Shown: positions 10,776-20,928 of the stretch, piece after piece | Layout of the letters: the number at the start of each line of letters is the position of its first letter | Position numbering within the stretch: the first letter of the stretch is position 1 | Assembly (NCBI GenBank): GCA_963663765.2 | Contig: CAXXUA010000003.1 | Location: 320,001-384,000 of the forward strand | Length of the DNA: 64,000 nt | Direction of reading: 5' to 3' | Source of the DNA: Candidatus Poribacteria bacterium | GTDB lineage: Bacteria > Poribacteria > WGA-4E > WGA-3G | The notes under the pieces: generated by a model | Told to the model about the DNA's origin: nothing | Seen by the model: the letters and a program-made list of their open reading frames with translations, nothing else | Databases searched by the model: none | Program-made: the position numbers and the translations under genes

Positions 10776-11271
10776 AAATGAATCGTATACGGATGAAAAG
10801 GGACGCACCCGTTGGCGTGTCAACGATGAAATTGCTAATAGATTACTTGAACTTCATACTTTCCTGATTATAGCTGATTATCCTGAAGACCATGCATCAC
10901 GATATCCTCGTTTGGCACACTCTATCTCACGTTTCCCAGAATCCATCGCGGATCTTGTCGATCAAGGAAGGTTACAAGAAGAGATTGGTGGTGTTGGTGA
11001 GATCGTTGAGACTATTATTACTGAATATCTCCAAACAGGAACATGCTCAAAAATACAGGAATATTCAGGAGACATTCCGCAGACAATTGCAGAACTTGTA
11101 CCTGTACCGGGACTAGGTGCTAAGACAATCAAACGCTTATTTGAAGATGTTGGGATTGTTAGTCTCTCGTCGCTACGTTTAGCGATTGACGAAGGTAAAC
11201 TCAAGGGTTTCAAAGGTATCGGCAAGAAAACATTGGACAAAATTGAGGAATATCTTGATGCGAATTTATAA
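10765..11271 (+). CDS. Helix-hairpin-helix protein resembling stand-alone PolX N-terminal domain (copy 1)
   Basis: N.EIA..L.E start, IGGVG, VPGLGAKT and KGIGKKT HhH motifs; no polymerase palm. Confidence 0.75.
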   Translation: MNIKNESYTDEKGRTRWRVNDEIANRLLELHTFLIIADYPEDHASRYPRLAHSISRFPESIADLVDQGRLQEEIGGVGEIVETIITEYLQTGTCSKIQEYSGDIPQTIAELVPVPGLGAKTIKRLFEDVGIVSLSSLRLAIDEGKLKGFKGIGKKTLDKIEEYLDANL

Positions 11272-11330
11272 AAAGTAAAAGCCACGAATAGAATTGCAAG
11301 CAACCGAGACGTTCTCTGGAGTTGTGAAAG

Positions 11331-12299
11331 ATGCGGAACAATAAGGTACAGTTCGCGGTCGTCAGAGAAGACCCCATGATAGAAGCGGAGTTGGTCCGTT
11401 TAACAAAAGCAAAACACGTTCTGCTTATCGCTTCTGGTGGCTGCACTGCACTAACACTACAAGCACTGTTTCCAGATTTGCTTATGACCTTGGTTGATTT
11501 TAATTCTGCGCAGTTGGATAGGGTTCGGGAAAAAATGCGTGCTGTACTCACAGAAGATGATGCAATACGGTGTCAAAAACTTAATATCGGTACCAGCAAT
11601 CCAAACGGACTCAATCAATGTGGCAACTTTGAATCTCTATTCCGCTGTTTACGTGAGTTTATATTTGATCTTGTTGCTGACGAAGCAGAGGTGCGCAGCT
11701 TATTTGAAGAAAAGGATCAACTTGCAAATGTGTCAGAATTGTTTTTCTCAAACAAGTACTGGCATGTAGTGTTTGATCTGTTTTTTAGTGATGAACTCCT
11801 GAATACGATGTTTGGTCCGGAGGCAACTCAACACGCAGAAAGTGGAAGTTACCCGCGATACTTTCAGTCATTGTTTGAAAAAGGACTTTCAACACCTCAA
11901 GCATTCAATAATTATTTCTTGCACCATGTATTTCTCGGTTATTACTTATCACGTCCAGAGTGTCTTCCTTACTACCTTCTATCACCACCAACAGGCAATC
12001 ATTTTCAAATGATTGAAGGTACACTTAACGATGTTTCTGAACTTCAACATTATGATATAATATCATTATCCAACATCATGGATTGGATGCCGCTGTTTGA
12101 AATTGCATCTCTCATCAAGCATCTTCAAACCGGGATGAGATCAGGTGCGATTGTTCTGTATCGTCAGTTAAATAACAATACTGATCTTTCAACATATTTT
12201 GGAGATTCTTTTGTATTTGATCAGACTTTGGGTGTTAGGTTGTTGGCAGCAGAACGAAGTCTGTTTTATTCCAATGTTCATGTAGCAAAAAGGAGATAA
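11331..12299 (+). CDS. DUF3419/BtaA-like SAM-dependent protein
   Basis: REDP..E, LIASGGC SAM-binding loop, VDFNSAQL, LSNIMDWM. Confidence 0.7.
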   Translation: MRNNKVQFAVVREDPMIEAELVRLTKAKHVLLIASGGCTALTLQALFPDLLMTLVDFNSAQLDRVREKMRAVLTEDDAIRCQKLNIGTSNPNGLNQCGNFESLFRCLREFIFDLVADEAEVRSLFEEKDQLANVSELFFSNKYWHVVFDLFFSDELLNTMFGPEATQHAESGSYPRYFQSLFEKGLSTPQAFNNYFLHHVFLGYYLSRPECLPYYLLSPPTGNHFQMIEGTLNDVSELQHYDIISLSNIMDWMPLFEIASLIKHLQTGMRSGAIVLYRQLNNNTDLSTYFGDSFVFDQTLGVRLLAAERSLFYSNVHVAKRR

Positions 12300-12305
12300 A
12301 TACAG

Positions 12306-13019
12306 ATGAATGATTGTATAGATAGTGTCTTGAAAGAAACAAATGTGTGGATGAATCCATATTTCAAATCCCTGCGCGACGGGACTTTTGATTTAGAAGA
12401 TTTTACGGAAACACAAATCCAATTTTATTTTGCTGTAGGCTTCTTCAACCGTCCGATGGCAGCGCTTGCAGCCAAGATTCCAACTGCTGAGTTGCGTTTG
12501 GAAGTGCTGCGTAATGTTTGGGAAGAACACGGTGAAGGCAATACATCTTTGATGCATGAGAAGACATTTCTTGCGTTTCTTGAACGGTTAGCAGACATCA
12601 CACCCGAAGAAATTAGCAAACGATCAATGTGGGAAGAAGTACGCGCGTTTAATACGATACTTGTAGGTGCATGTGTCATGGATGAATACTTGATAGGCGC
12701 TGGTGTGATGGGTATCATTGAGTTAATGTTTTCGGATATAGCAAGTTGGATCGGGAAAAGGGTTGTGGAACAAGGATGGATTTCCGAACATAATTTGATT
12801 CACTATAATCTTCACGAAGAACTTGACGTAAAACATGCGGACGACTTTTTTGATGTGCTACGTCCTGCCTGGGAAGAAAATGTTGAAAACAGATACTACA
12901 TTGAGCAAGGACTACGTCTCGGTTCTTATGTCTTCAATACGCTTTATAACGGACTATATAAAGCAAGAAAACGTCGAATCTATCGTGATATACGAGGTCC
13001 GCACACACGTGCATCATAG
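12306..13019 (+). CDS. Heme-oxygenase-like diiron enzyme (CADD/PqqC-like)
   Basis: N.WEEHG....H, IIE and HEELDVKH (HxxxDxxH) ligand pattern. Confidence 0.75.
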   Translation: MNDCIDSVLKETNVWMNPYFKSLRDGTFDLEDFTETQIQFYFAVGFFNRPMAALAAKIPTAELRLEVLRNVWEEHGEGNTSLMHEKTFLAFLERLADITPEEISKRSMWEEVRAFNTILVGACVMDEYLIGAGVMGIIELMFSDIASWIGKRVVEQGWISEHNLIHYNLHEELDVKHADDFFDVLRPAWEENVENRYYIEQGLRLGSYVFNTLYNGLYKARKRRIYRDIRGPHTRAS

Positions 13020-13025
13020 CAGAAA

Positions 13026-13844
13026 ATGATCAATCGCAATTTGGATATCCGAGAATTAAGTAGTGAGGAGTGGGTAAATTATCAATCGCAGGTCGCGGAT
13101 TTAGAAAAGGGAACGAGTTATCCCTTGGGTGAGGATCGATTTGAGATTGACCACGGGGAGGATTATTTTGCATTTTTTACACGTATGGGACAACTCCACT
13201 ACTATGTTGCTCTGGAGGGGAATAGTGTTGTTGCGGTAGCGGCGGCAATCTTACGTAGCGTTCCAGCTGCACCGAACGAAGAACCAAAGAAGGTATGGTA
13301 TCTTTGTGATTTGAAAGTTCATCCTGATTATCGTGGACGATTTATCCCACTCTCAATATTCGTCTATGCGTTTCCAAAACTACATCCTCTATGTTCCCGC
13401 GCGTATGGTATTTCTATGGATACAGACAGAACACGCAAAAACCGCGTTGCACTCATGCTAAGACGTTTTCCACTTGCCCCTATGTCTATCGCAACAAAGT
13501 TAGAGATTGTTTCAGTAGATAGCAAGCAGATGCGGAAAATTGAACCTATTTTGCAAAGTTTCTTTGGAGATGTTTCTTATCTATCGTTAGTGGGTAAAAA
13601 GGACATCATTCTGCAAAGTAGCGGTTCTGCAATGTCGTTGCTACACGTGCAGTACGGACCTTGTGCGGAACAGGGATATACCGAACCTATTGACGATCAT
13701 GTCCACATGTTTTGTGTGTCTGAAGATCATCCACTGCTTGAAGTGCTGAGGCATCACGAGATGCCTCCCTCTGCTTCAGCGACAGTTGTGCACCACAGAA
13801 TGGATAAATGGGATTGGAGTTTTATCCTTACCAGTGATATCTAA
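13026..13844 (+). CDS. GNAT-family N-acyltransferase
   Basis: WYLCDLKVHPDYRGR acyl-CoA binding motif A. Confidence 0.7.
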   Translation: MINRNLDIRELSSEEWVNYQSQVADLEKGTSYPLGEDRFEIDHGEDYFAFFTRMGQLHYYVALEGNSVVAVAAAILRSVPAAPNEEPKKVWYLCDLKVHPDYRGRFIPLSIFVYAFPKLHPLCSRAYGISMDTDRTRKNRVALMLRRFPLAPMSIATKLEIVSVDSKQMRKIEPILQSFFGDVSYLSLVGKKDIILQSSGSAMSLLHVQYGPCAEQGYTEPIDDHVHMFCVSEDHPLLEVLRHHEMPPSASATVVHHRMDKWDWSFILTSDI

Positions 13845-13850
13845 AGTTCT

Positions 13851-13957
13851 TATACCATTTCTAATAGAGAAATTACCATAATAAACTGTAGTTCGGGTTT
13901 CGCAAGCTTTACTTGACATACGAAACAACGCTACATAATCATTTAGAAATGGAATTA
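13851..13957. repeat. MITE-like element with TATACCATTTCTAA terminal inverted repeat
   Basis: TATACCATTTCTAA...TTAGAAATGGAATTA; related solo end TATACCAATTCTAAT at 15051. Confidence 0.45.
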
Positions 13958-13977
13958 CAAATATACATGGAGATAAA

Positions 13978-14511
13978 ATGAAAAGTAAGAAAGCCATAAA
14001 TGAAAGTCTCACAGAAAGCGAAGCTTCTACCGATGAAAAAGAACGTACTGGGGTGTTGACTAACGATGAAATTGCACAGAAATTGATGGAACTCCATACA
14101 ATTTTAATTGTTGCTGATTACCCAGAAGACCATGCAGTGCGTTACCCACGTTTAGCGTATACTATTTCACGTATGGAGGAATCGGTGTCAGAACTGGTAT
14201 CTCAAGGAAAATTAAAAGAGGTGATACCTGGTGTCGGTGATATAGTTGCAACCATCATCACTGAATATGTTGAAACTGGAACATGCTCAAAATTGCAGGA
14301 ATATGCCAGTAATGTTCCACAGACAATTGTTGAACTCATACCTATCCCTGGCCTCGGACCTAAAACGATTAAACTACTCTATCAGGAAGCAGGTATTGAG
14401 AGTCTCCTATCACTCCGGACAGCAATTGATGAAGGCAAACTAAAAGGTATCAAAGGTATCGGCAAGAAAACGATAGATAGATTTGCGGAATACCTAAATG
14501 AAAATCTGTAA
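13978..14511 (+). CDS. Helix-hairpin-helix PolX-N-like protein (copy 2)
   Basis: Near-identical blocks to 10765-11271 (ADYPEDHA.RYPRLA, TGTCSK.QEY, KGIGKKT). Confidence 0.75.
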   Translation: MKSKKAINESLTESEASTDEKERTGVLTNDEIAQKLMELHTILIVADYPEDHAVRYPRLAYTISRMEESVSELVSQGKLKEVIPGVGDIVATIITEYVETGTCSKLQEYASNVPQTIVELIPIPGLGPKTIKLLYQEAGIESLLSLRTAIDEGKLKGIKGIGKKTIDRFAEYLNENL

Positions 14512-14549
14512 TAGATATTTCAAAATATGTGAACTTACTAAGGAGAATC

Positions 14550-15021
14550 ATGGTAAACACACAAGATTCCGGTGAGATGCTTAATGGTAAAAAGCATGGG
14601 TATTGGATTACATATTACGCGAGTGGTGTAAAACGAAGCGAAGGCAACTATATCAACGGCAAAAAGGATGGAGCTTGGATCTATTATCACAAAAATGGAA
14701 ACAAGTCTGGTGAAGCTTTCTTCCGCGATGGAAAATATGAAGGTCCCTGTGTAACATATTATGAAAACGGAAATCTACGATCCAGTGGTGCCTATCCCAA
14801 GCATGTAGGCAAATCTTACGACGGTAAAAAGGAAGGCACATTTTACAATTATGAAGAAGATGGAGAAACGGTGTGGTTAAAAGTAACTTACAAAAAAAGG
14901 TGGCAGCCGCGCAAAACCAGATGAGTATCCCCTTGGAACGTGCCATGTTTGTGGTGAAGTGAAACGTTTAAATTGGGACGATAATTGTCCTCGGTGTGGC
15001 ACAGAGATGGATGAAGCGTAG
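14550..15021 (+). pseudogene. MORN-variant (YwqK-like) repeat protein with zinc ribbon, frameshifted
   Basis: A7 run at 14892-14898; removing one A restores YKKGGSRAKPDEYPLGTCHVC...CPRCG, matching the intact paralog. Confidence 0.75.
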
Positions 15022-15091
15022 ATATTGTTTTTCTGTTACAAGGGATTTTTTATACCAATTCTAATGTTCAATCTTGCAGAGGAGGAAAAAC

Positions 15092-15568
15092 ATGGCAAGT
15101 TCACGAGATACAGGCGAGATGGTTGATGGCAAAAAGCACGGTTATTGGATAACTTATTTTGCTAATGGACAAAAACGAAGTGAAGGGAACTTCATTCACG
15201 GTAAGAAGGATGGCAAATGGATTCTGTACCACAAGAATGGGAACAAAGCAAGTGTAGCGTTTTTCCGTGATAATAAGTATGAAGGTGAGTATATTTGCTA
15301 TCATGAAAATGGGCATCGTAAGTGGGGTGGTCCCTACAAAAAACACGATGGTACTTCCTCCGATGGAAGAAAAGAGGGTGTTTGGCACTGTTGGGAAGAG
15401 GATGGGGAGACTGTCTGGCGTATCATCACATATAAGAAGGGTGGCGCACGTGCAAAACCGGATGAACACCCATTTGGAGAATGTCACGGTTGTGGTGAAG
15501 GTAAACGTTCTTCTTGGAAAGAAAAATGTCCAAGATGCGGCACTGAACTTGTTTTAGGTAAAGTTTGA
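15092..15568 (+). CDS. MORN-variant (YwqK-like) repeat protein with C-terminal zinc ribbon
   Basis: GKKHGYWITY..NG.KRSEG repeats; CxxC...CPRC; GGAGG RBS. Confidence 0.8.
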   Translation: MASSRDTGEMVDGKKHGYWITYFANGQKRSEGNFIHGKKDGKWILYHKNGNKASVAFFRDNKYEGEYICYHENGHRKWGGPYKKHDGTSSDGRKEGVWHCWEEDGETVWRIITYKKGGARAKPDEHPFGECHGCGEGKRSSWKEKCPRCGTELVLGKV

Positions 15569-15617
15569 AAATAATTATACACTTTCGTTCCACGGTTGGT
15601 GCGGTTTCCTAACCGTA

Positions 15618-15719
15618 CCATAGGCGTCAATTTAAGGATTTTGACCTCTTGTGGGAGGGGTTTTCAACACCTCCCACAAGAGAAACACCAACACTTTTTT
15701 CTTAAATTGACGCCTATGG
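15618..15719. mobile_element. MITE with perfect 19-bp terminal inverted repeat and inner hairpin
   Basis: CCATAGGCGTCAATTTAAG / CTTAAATTGACGCCTATGG; inner CTCTTGTGGGAGG...CCTCCCACAAGAG. Confidence 0.7.
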
Positions 15720-15819
15720 GTGTATACTGTACACACTCGTGACAAATTCACTTGTTTTTTCACTCAGAATTAAGTATACTTTAACCCAATAAAATACTAA
15801 GAATAATTGAAGGAATTCA

Positions 15820-16569
15820 ATGCACTCAATTGACACATTACGATTAAAAGAACTACCAAAAGATGAACGTCCCAGAGAACGACTTTACAAACACGGTCCC
15901 TCACACCTAAAAACTTCAGAATTAATCGCACTTATTCTAAAAAGCGGTTACAAAGGCACTACGGCTATACAACTCGGTGAACAGATACTGAATGAGTTTA
16001 ATAGCGACTTAAAACGCATGGCAGAAAACCGTCCGAAACAATTTGAATCCATTAAAGGTGTTGGTTCTGCAAAGGCGGCACAACTGGTGGCGGCATTCGA
16101 ATTGGGGCGACGTTTAGCAAGCTCACATGCGGATCGGGTAAAGATATCCTCTCCAAGTGATATTGCCGATCATTTGATGCCGCTGATGCGCGACCTCCAA
16201 AAGGAAGTTGTTTGTGTCATGTGTCTTGACACCAAAGGTGGCATAACAACACGAGGTATTGCAGGAGATGTTGATAACGAAATTCAGTGGGGTAGAAAAC
16301 TTCTCGCTGAGAAGACGGTGTTTGAAGGCACTTTAAATGCCAGTGTTTTTCATCCGAGAGAGATTTTTCGGTTTGCTATTGAGGAGTCCGCTAACTCTAT
16401 TGTGCTTGCTCACAACCATCCTTCGGGTGACCCACAGCCGAGTAAAGAGGACATCCGCGCTACCAAGCAATTGATTGAGGCAGGCAACTATGTCGGTATT
16501 AAAGTGTTAGACCACATTATCATTGGGGACGGTATCTTTTATAGCCTAAAAGAGGAAGGCGTTATTTAG
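15820..16569 (+). CDS. radC: RadC-family JAB domain protein
   Basis: ERPRERL, HhH IKGVG, HPREIF, HNHPSGDP, LDHIIIG. Confidence 0.92.
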   Translation: MHSIDTLRLKELPKDERPRERLYKHGPSHLKTSELIALILKSGYKGTTAIQLGEQILNEFNSDLKRMAENRPKQFESIKGVGSAKAAQLVAAFELGRRLASSHADRVKISSPSDIADHLMPLMRDLQKEVVCVMCLDTKGGITTRGIAGDVDNEIQWGRKLLAEKTVFEGTLNASVFHPREIFRFAIEESANSIVLAHNHPSGDPQPSKEDIRATKQLIEAGNYVGIKVLDHIIIGDGIFYSLKEEGVI

Positions 16570-17299
16570 CATTACGTTGTCTGAGAACTTCGTATAACAA
16601 CACACCTGCCGTAACAGATACGTTCAGTGAAGGAATTTGTCCTAACATTGGAAGATGCACGAGAAAATCGCATTTTTGCTTGACAAGTCTACGAATACCC
16701 TCACCCTCATTTCCCAAAACGATGCACAACGGTACTGTAAAGTCAACAGCAGTATAGGATAGTTCTGCATCCTCAGTTGTTCCAACAACCCACATACCAA
16801 CCGATTTTAGTTTTTCAATGGTTTGCGCAAGATTAGCCACTTTGGTAATCGGTGTATATGCTGTGCTACCCGCAGAGGCTTTGTGAACTGCAGTTGTAAC
16901 TTCTACGGAGTTGTTTTTCGGTATTATCACACCGTCTACATTCGTTGCATTTGCAGTGCGAAGGATTGCACCTAAATTTCTCGGATCTTGAACCTGATCT
17001 AACATGATCAATACAGCAGGAACATCCTTTTTATTTTGAATGTTTTCCAGCAGAATAGATAATTCTGTATATCGGAATGGATTTACGTAAGCGATGACAC
17101 CTTGATTGTTCGCATGGAGTCTGTCTAAATGATGTTTAGGACATCGTTGATAGGGAATCTTATTTCGTTTCGCAGCATGAATTATTTCACGAAGACGTGG
17201 ATGTTTGTTGTCTTGAACGATCAAAATTTCTTCTATCTGGTGCGTTCCACTCCAGATTGCTTCTATCACCGGATTCCTGCCAACGATTAGTTCCGACAT
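16562..17299 (-). CDS. rlmB: 23S rRNA Gm2251 2'-O-methyltransferase (TrmH family)
   Basis: GRNPVIEA, DPRNLGAILR, GNEGEG, SLNVSV. Confidence 0.9.
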   Translation of the reverse strand: MSELIVGRNPVIEAIWSGTHQIEEILIVQDNKHPRLREIIHAAKRNKIPYQRCPKHHLDRLHANNQGVIAYVNPFRYTELSILLENIQNKKDVPAVLIMLDQVQDPRNLGAILRTANATNVDGVIIPKNNSVEVTTAVHKASAGSTAYTPITKVANLAQTIEKLKSVGMWVVGTTEDAELSYTAVDFTVPLCIVLGNEGEGIRRLVKQKCDFLVHLPMLGQIPSLNVSVTAGVLLYEVLRQRNAK

Positions 17300-17350
17300 A
17301 CAGATTCCTCTTTAGAAGCATAGACAAAGGTGCATCTTTCCTCAACGCAA

Positions 17351-17587
17351 TTAATCTCCACGGACAAATTTGACATCTGGTCCGCGCGGTGTAATCTTGA
17401 TATCAGGATCGTTCTCTTGACATTGAACACAAGTGGCAGCACCGACATTTGCGTTTTCCATGCGGGGTGCAAGTTTTCCTAATTTGAATGTAAATTTCAT
17501 CATTTCATCCGCAGGTATTGTACCATCGCAGTTGTCACAAGGAATTGCTTCACCTGCTTTGAGTTTATCTAATAGTTCTGATGCTTT
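17351..17587 (-). CDS. Small hypothetical protein with two CxxC motifs
   Basis: AAAGGAG RBS; CDNC and CVQC. Confidence 0.6.
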   Translation of the reverse strand, partial: KASELLDKLKAGEAIPCDNCDGTIPADEMMKFTFKLGKLAPRMENANVGAATCVQCQENDPDIKITPRGPDVKFVRGD

Positions 17588-17676
17588 CATAACGTTAAGT
17601 TCTCCTTTCATAAAACAATTTTAACTAATGCCTAATAGTAAGGTGTTGATTTTTCTAAATCACGGTTTCTTTGAAT

Positions 17677-19545
17677 CTACCCGAGAAAATACCGTTCTTT
17701 CTGTTTCGCTTTTTTATATTCTTGATATGCCTGTTTTGCAGTGTCTACCTCTGAAACTTCTGCGACAGGCACGTCCCACCAAGATTCGTATTGGGGGACT
17801 CTCGTGTCAAAATCAACGTTAATTTTGACGACAGTCGTTTTATCAGCTTCCCGAGCATCTTGCAATGCAAGTTTGAGAGCATGCGGTGTTGATACTTCAA
17901 TTACATTTGCCCCAAGACTTTTGGCGTTTGCTGCAAGGTCAACAGGTAATATTTCGCCTTGTAGTTGTCCAGTGTCGTCATCCCGATATTTGAAACGTGT
18001 CGCAAACCCTTGTGCTCCCGTTGCCTCCGACAATCCACCAATACTGCTATGTCCATCATTATTGATAAGCACAATAATCAACTTATAACCTTCCTGAATT
18101 GAGGTAATGATTTCTTGTGCTAACATCAGATATGACCCGTCGCCAACAAGGACATAAACATCGCGTGTTGGATCAGCAATTTTTATGCCTAATCCACCTG
18201 CAATTTCATATCCCATGCAGGAGTACCCATATTCTAAATGAAATTGTTTTGGATTGCGTGATCGCCATAACTTATGTAGGTCACTGGGAAGACTTCCTGC
18301 CGCACAAACAACAACATCTTCAGGACGAGAAAACTCGTTGACTACACCAATAACTTCACTCTGACTCGGTAGTGGTTTATTGTCAAGGTGAAATAGACGT
18401 TCTACTTCCTCTTCCCAAGCATCTATATATTTTTCAATCTGGGCTGCGTATTCTGTCCCAATTTGATATTCCCCAATTGCTTCCGATAACTCAGAGAGTG
18501 TGACACGAGCATCGGCAACTAACGGGAGCGCAGCATGTTTCGCAGCATCAAATTCAGCGATATTGATATTGACAAAGCGAACATTTGGATTTTGAAAGGC
18601 GGTTTTGGAAGCAGTTGTGAAGTCGCTCAAACGAGTTCCGATGGCGATGACTAAGTCTGCTTCACGCGCAACGATATTTGCACCGGGTGTGCCGGTTGCT
18701 CCAATTGCGCCAAGGTTCTGCGGATGGTCATGCCTTAATGAACCTTTACCGGCAAAAGTTTCACCGACAGGGATACCAGTTTGCTCTACAAATTTTGCAA
18801 GTTGTACTGTCGCTTCACTATAGATTACACCACCACCTGCGATGATTAAGGGACGTTCACTTTTTGAAATCCAATCTACTGCTGTTTTGAGAAGACGCAC
18901 ATCAGCGCGTGGTCTTGGAATAGTATAGACACGTTTTTCAAATAAGCGTGCTGAATATTCATAAGCTTCTGCTTGTACATCTTGGGGTAAAGCCAATGTC
19001 ACGGTGCCAGTTTCCGCTTGTGAAGTGAGCACACGCATCGCTTCGGGTAGTGCAGTGATGATCTGTTCAGGTCGGTTGATCCTGTCCCAGTATTTAGAAA
19101 TAGGTTTGAAACAGTCATTGACAGAGAAATCTTGTGATTCGGGAGATTCTAACTGCTGCAAAACAGGTGCAACTAAACGCGTAGAGAAAATATCCCCTGG
19201 TAATAGCAGCACGGGGAGTCTGTTAATTGTGGCTCCTGCAGCACCTGTTAGCATGTTGGTCGCGCCGGGGCCAATGGAGGATGTGCAAGCAAAGGTACTG
19301 AGGCGGTTACACATCTTTGCATAAGCAGCGGCAGTGTGTACCATAGACTGTTCATTACGCGTCTGGTAAAATCTGAATTCGTCCGAGTATTGGTGCAGTG
19401 CTTGACCAATTCCCGCTACATTTCCATGCCCAAAGATACCGAACATACCCGCAAAGAATGCCCTTTCAATTCCATCTCGTTCAACATACTGGTTTTTAAG
19501 AAATTGGACTATGGCTTGTCCCATTGTTAGTTTTCGGTTTTGCAT
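17677..19545 (-). CDS. iolD: 3D-(3,5/4)-trihydroxycyclohexane-1,2-dione acylhydrolase
   Basis: GIFGHGNVAG, TSSIGPGATN, HLEYGYSCMGYE, GDGSYLM, SWWDVPVAEVS. Confidence 0.95.
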   Translation of the reverse strand: MQNRKLTMGQAIVQFLKNQYVERDGIERAFFAGMFGIFGHGNVAGIGQALHQYSDEFRFYQTRNEQSMVHTAAAYAKMCNRLSTFACTSSIGPGATNMLTGAAGATINRLPVLLLPGDIFSTRLVAPVLQQLESPESQDFSVNDCFKPISKYWDRINRPEQIITALPEAMRVLTSQAETGTVTLALPQDVQAEAYEYSARLFEKRVYTIPRPRADVRLLKTAVDWISKSERPLIIAGGGVIYSEATVQLAKFVEQTGIPVGETFAGKGSLRHDHPQNLGAIGATGTPGANIVAREADLVIAIGTRLSDFTTASKTAFQNPNVRFVNINIAEFDAAKHAALPLVADARVTLSELSEAIGEYQIGTEYAAQIEKYIDAWEEEVERLFHLDNKPLPSQSEVIGVVNEFSRPEDVVVCAAGSLPSDLHKLWRSRNPKQFHLEYGYSCMGYEIAGGLGIKIADPTRDVYVLVGDGSYLMLAQEIITSIQEGYKLIIVLINNDGHSSIGGLSEATGAQGFATRFKYRDDDTGQLQGEILPVDLAANAKSLGANVIEVSTPHALKLALQDAREADKTTVVKINVDFDTRVPQYESWWDVPVAEVSEVDTAKQAYQEYKKAKQKERYFLG

Positions 19546-19585
19546 TTTAATAACTCCTATCGTTGTATCCATTTAGAACTCCCCC

Positions 19586-20899
19586 TTATTTTAAAATAAA
19601 ATTTCCTTTTTCATCAAATGCAGGTATTACTCGCGCATCTACTAAACCAAATTTGGCATACACATCTCTAACTAAACCGTAAGCTACATGGTCGGGGTTA
19701 AAATTGTATCCAGCCCATTGTACGGAATGAATAGGAGACTTATCTTCGTACACACCTCTTTCATCCAAGAAGGCACCAAACGTAGGATAGGTAGGTGGTC
19801 CCTCTGGCAACGCATAACCTGTGATATTATGGTAGTTTTGTTGTACGAAAACGTCAGAATTAATGCCAGACTCGTCGTATACCGCTTTCACCAATCGCAT
19901 GAATGAGACGGGGAACTCAATCACTACATACGGATACAACCATTTTACAGAATTAGGTATTGCGAATTGTGGGGAACCCCATCCCCTGATAAACTGGGTC
20001 TTAATAGGACATTGTACTTCAAAATATCCATCATTCAATAGGGTAATTTTACCGCCAGTTATATTGCTCCCTTCTATACCATCTTTCGTATGATACACTC
20101 CACGTTGCAATAAACCTGTAACACCAAATCCAGCAAAACGCTTATCTGGGGGTTTATACAATACATTAAGTATACGAGGATCATCAGTAGATACAGCGTT
20201 CCGAGTGGATTCTTCTGGTGACGCAAAGATTCTATAATAGGGTAGGTCGGATATTTTTTCAACAAAAGCGTTATATCTTGACGTATGTGAATTCATTCAG
20301 TTTCTCCAGCGTCCTTCACAAGAGTTGTTATTTGACTTTCAATTCTGTCCAACAGTTCCCTAAAGTCATCCATGGATGGCAGATGGTGCCGTGCTATAAG
20401 TTCAGGAATGAACTCCTCCATCTGAAATTCTTTTGTGCCATCTGCATACCGTTTCACAAAGTTGAGTGTGCCATTTTTCAAATAAAACCATGAGGACGAA
20501 TTTCACTAAAGGGAATATGAATGATAATAAGGTTATCCACTTGATTCTGCCATCTTAATTTTCGTGATGTTACCTCTAATTTGGCAATACGTGGAACTAT
20601 ATATTGATGACAAATATCATGGATGCTTTCAGCTTCTCTTTCTGCCTGATGGATGTTAAAAAATCTTTGTGCGATTTTGTCTTCTTCCTGTATGCCAATA
20701 ACGATATATCCTCCATCAGCATTGGCCATTGCAGTAACATCTTTGCATATCTCATGTCTACGTTCTTCGGTTTTTGTGTTGTCTCTGGGTATTGCCTCTG
20801 CTTGAAATCAATCCATAAATTTTCTTCTTGATCATTATCAAGTAAATTTATTAAATCTTGGTCAGTAATTTCAGATATAGGTTTATGTTCAAATATCAT
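19586..20899 (-). pseudogene. AlbA_2/Schlafen-like domain protein, frameshifted
   Basis: EENLWIDFK and EICKDVTAMANADGGYIVIG lie in different frames; further breaks near 20480 and possibly 20295. Confidence 0.7.
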
Positions 20900-20928
20900 A
20901 TTTTTTTGCATGTTCTAATGAATGTCTA

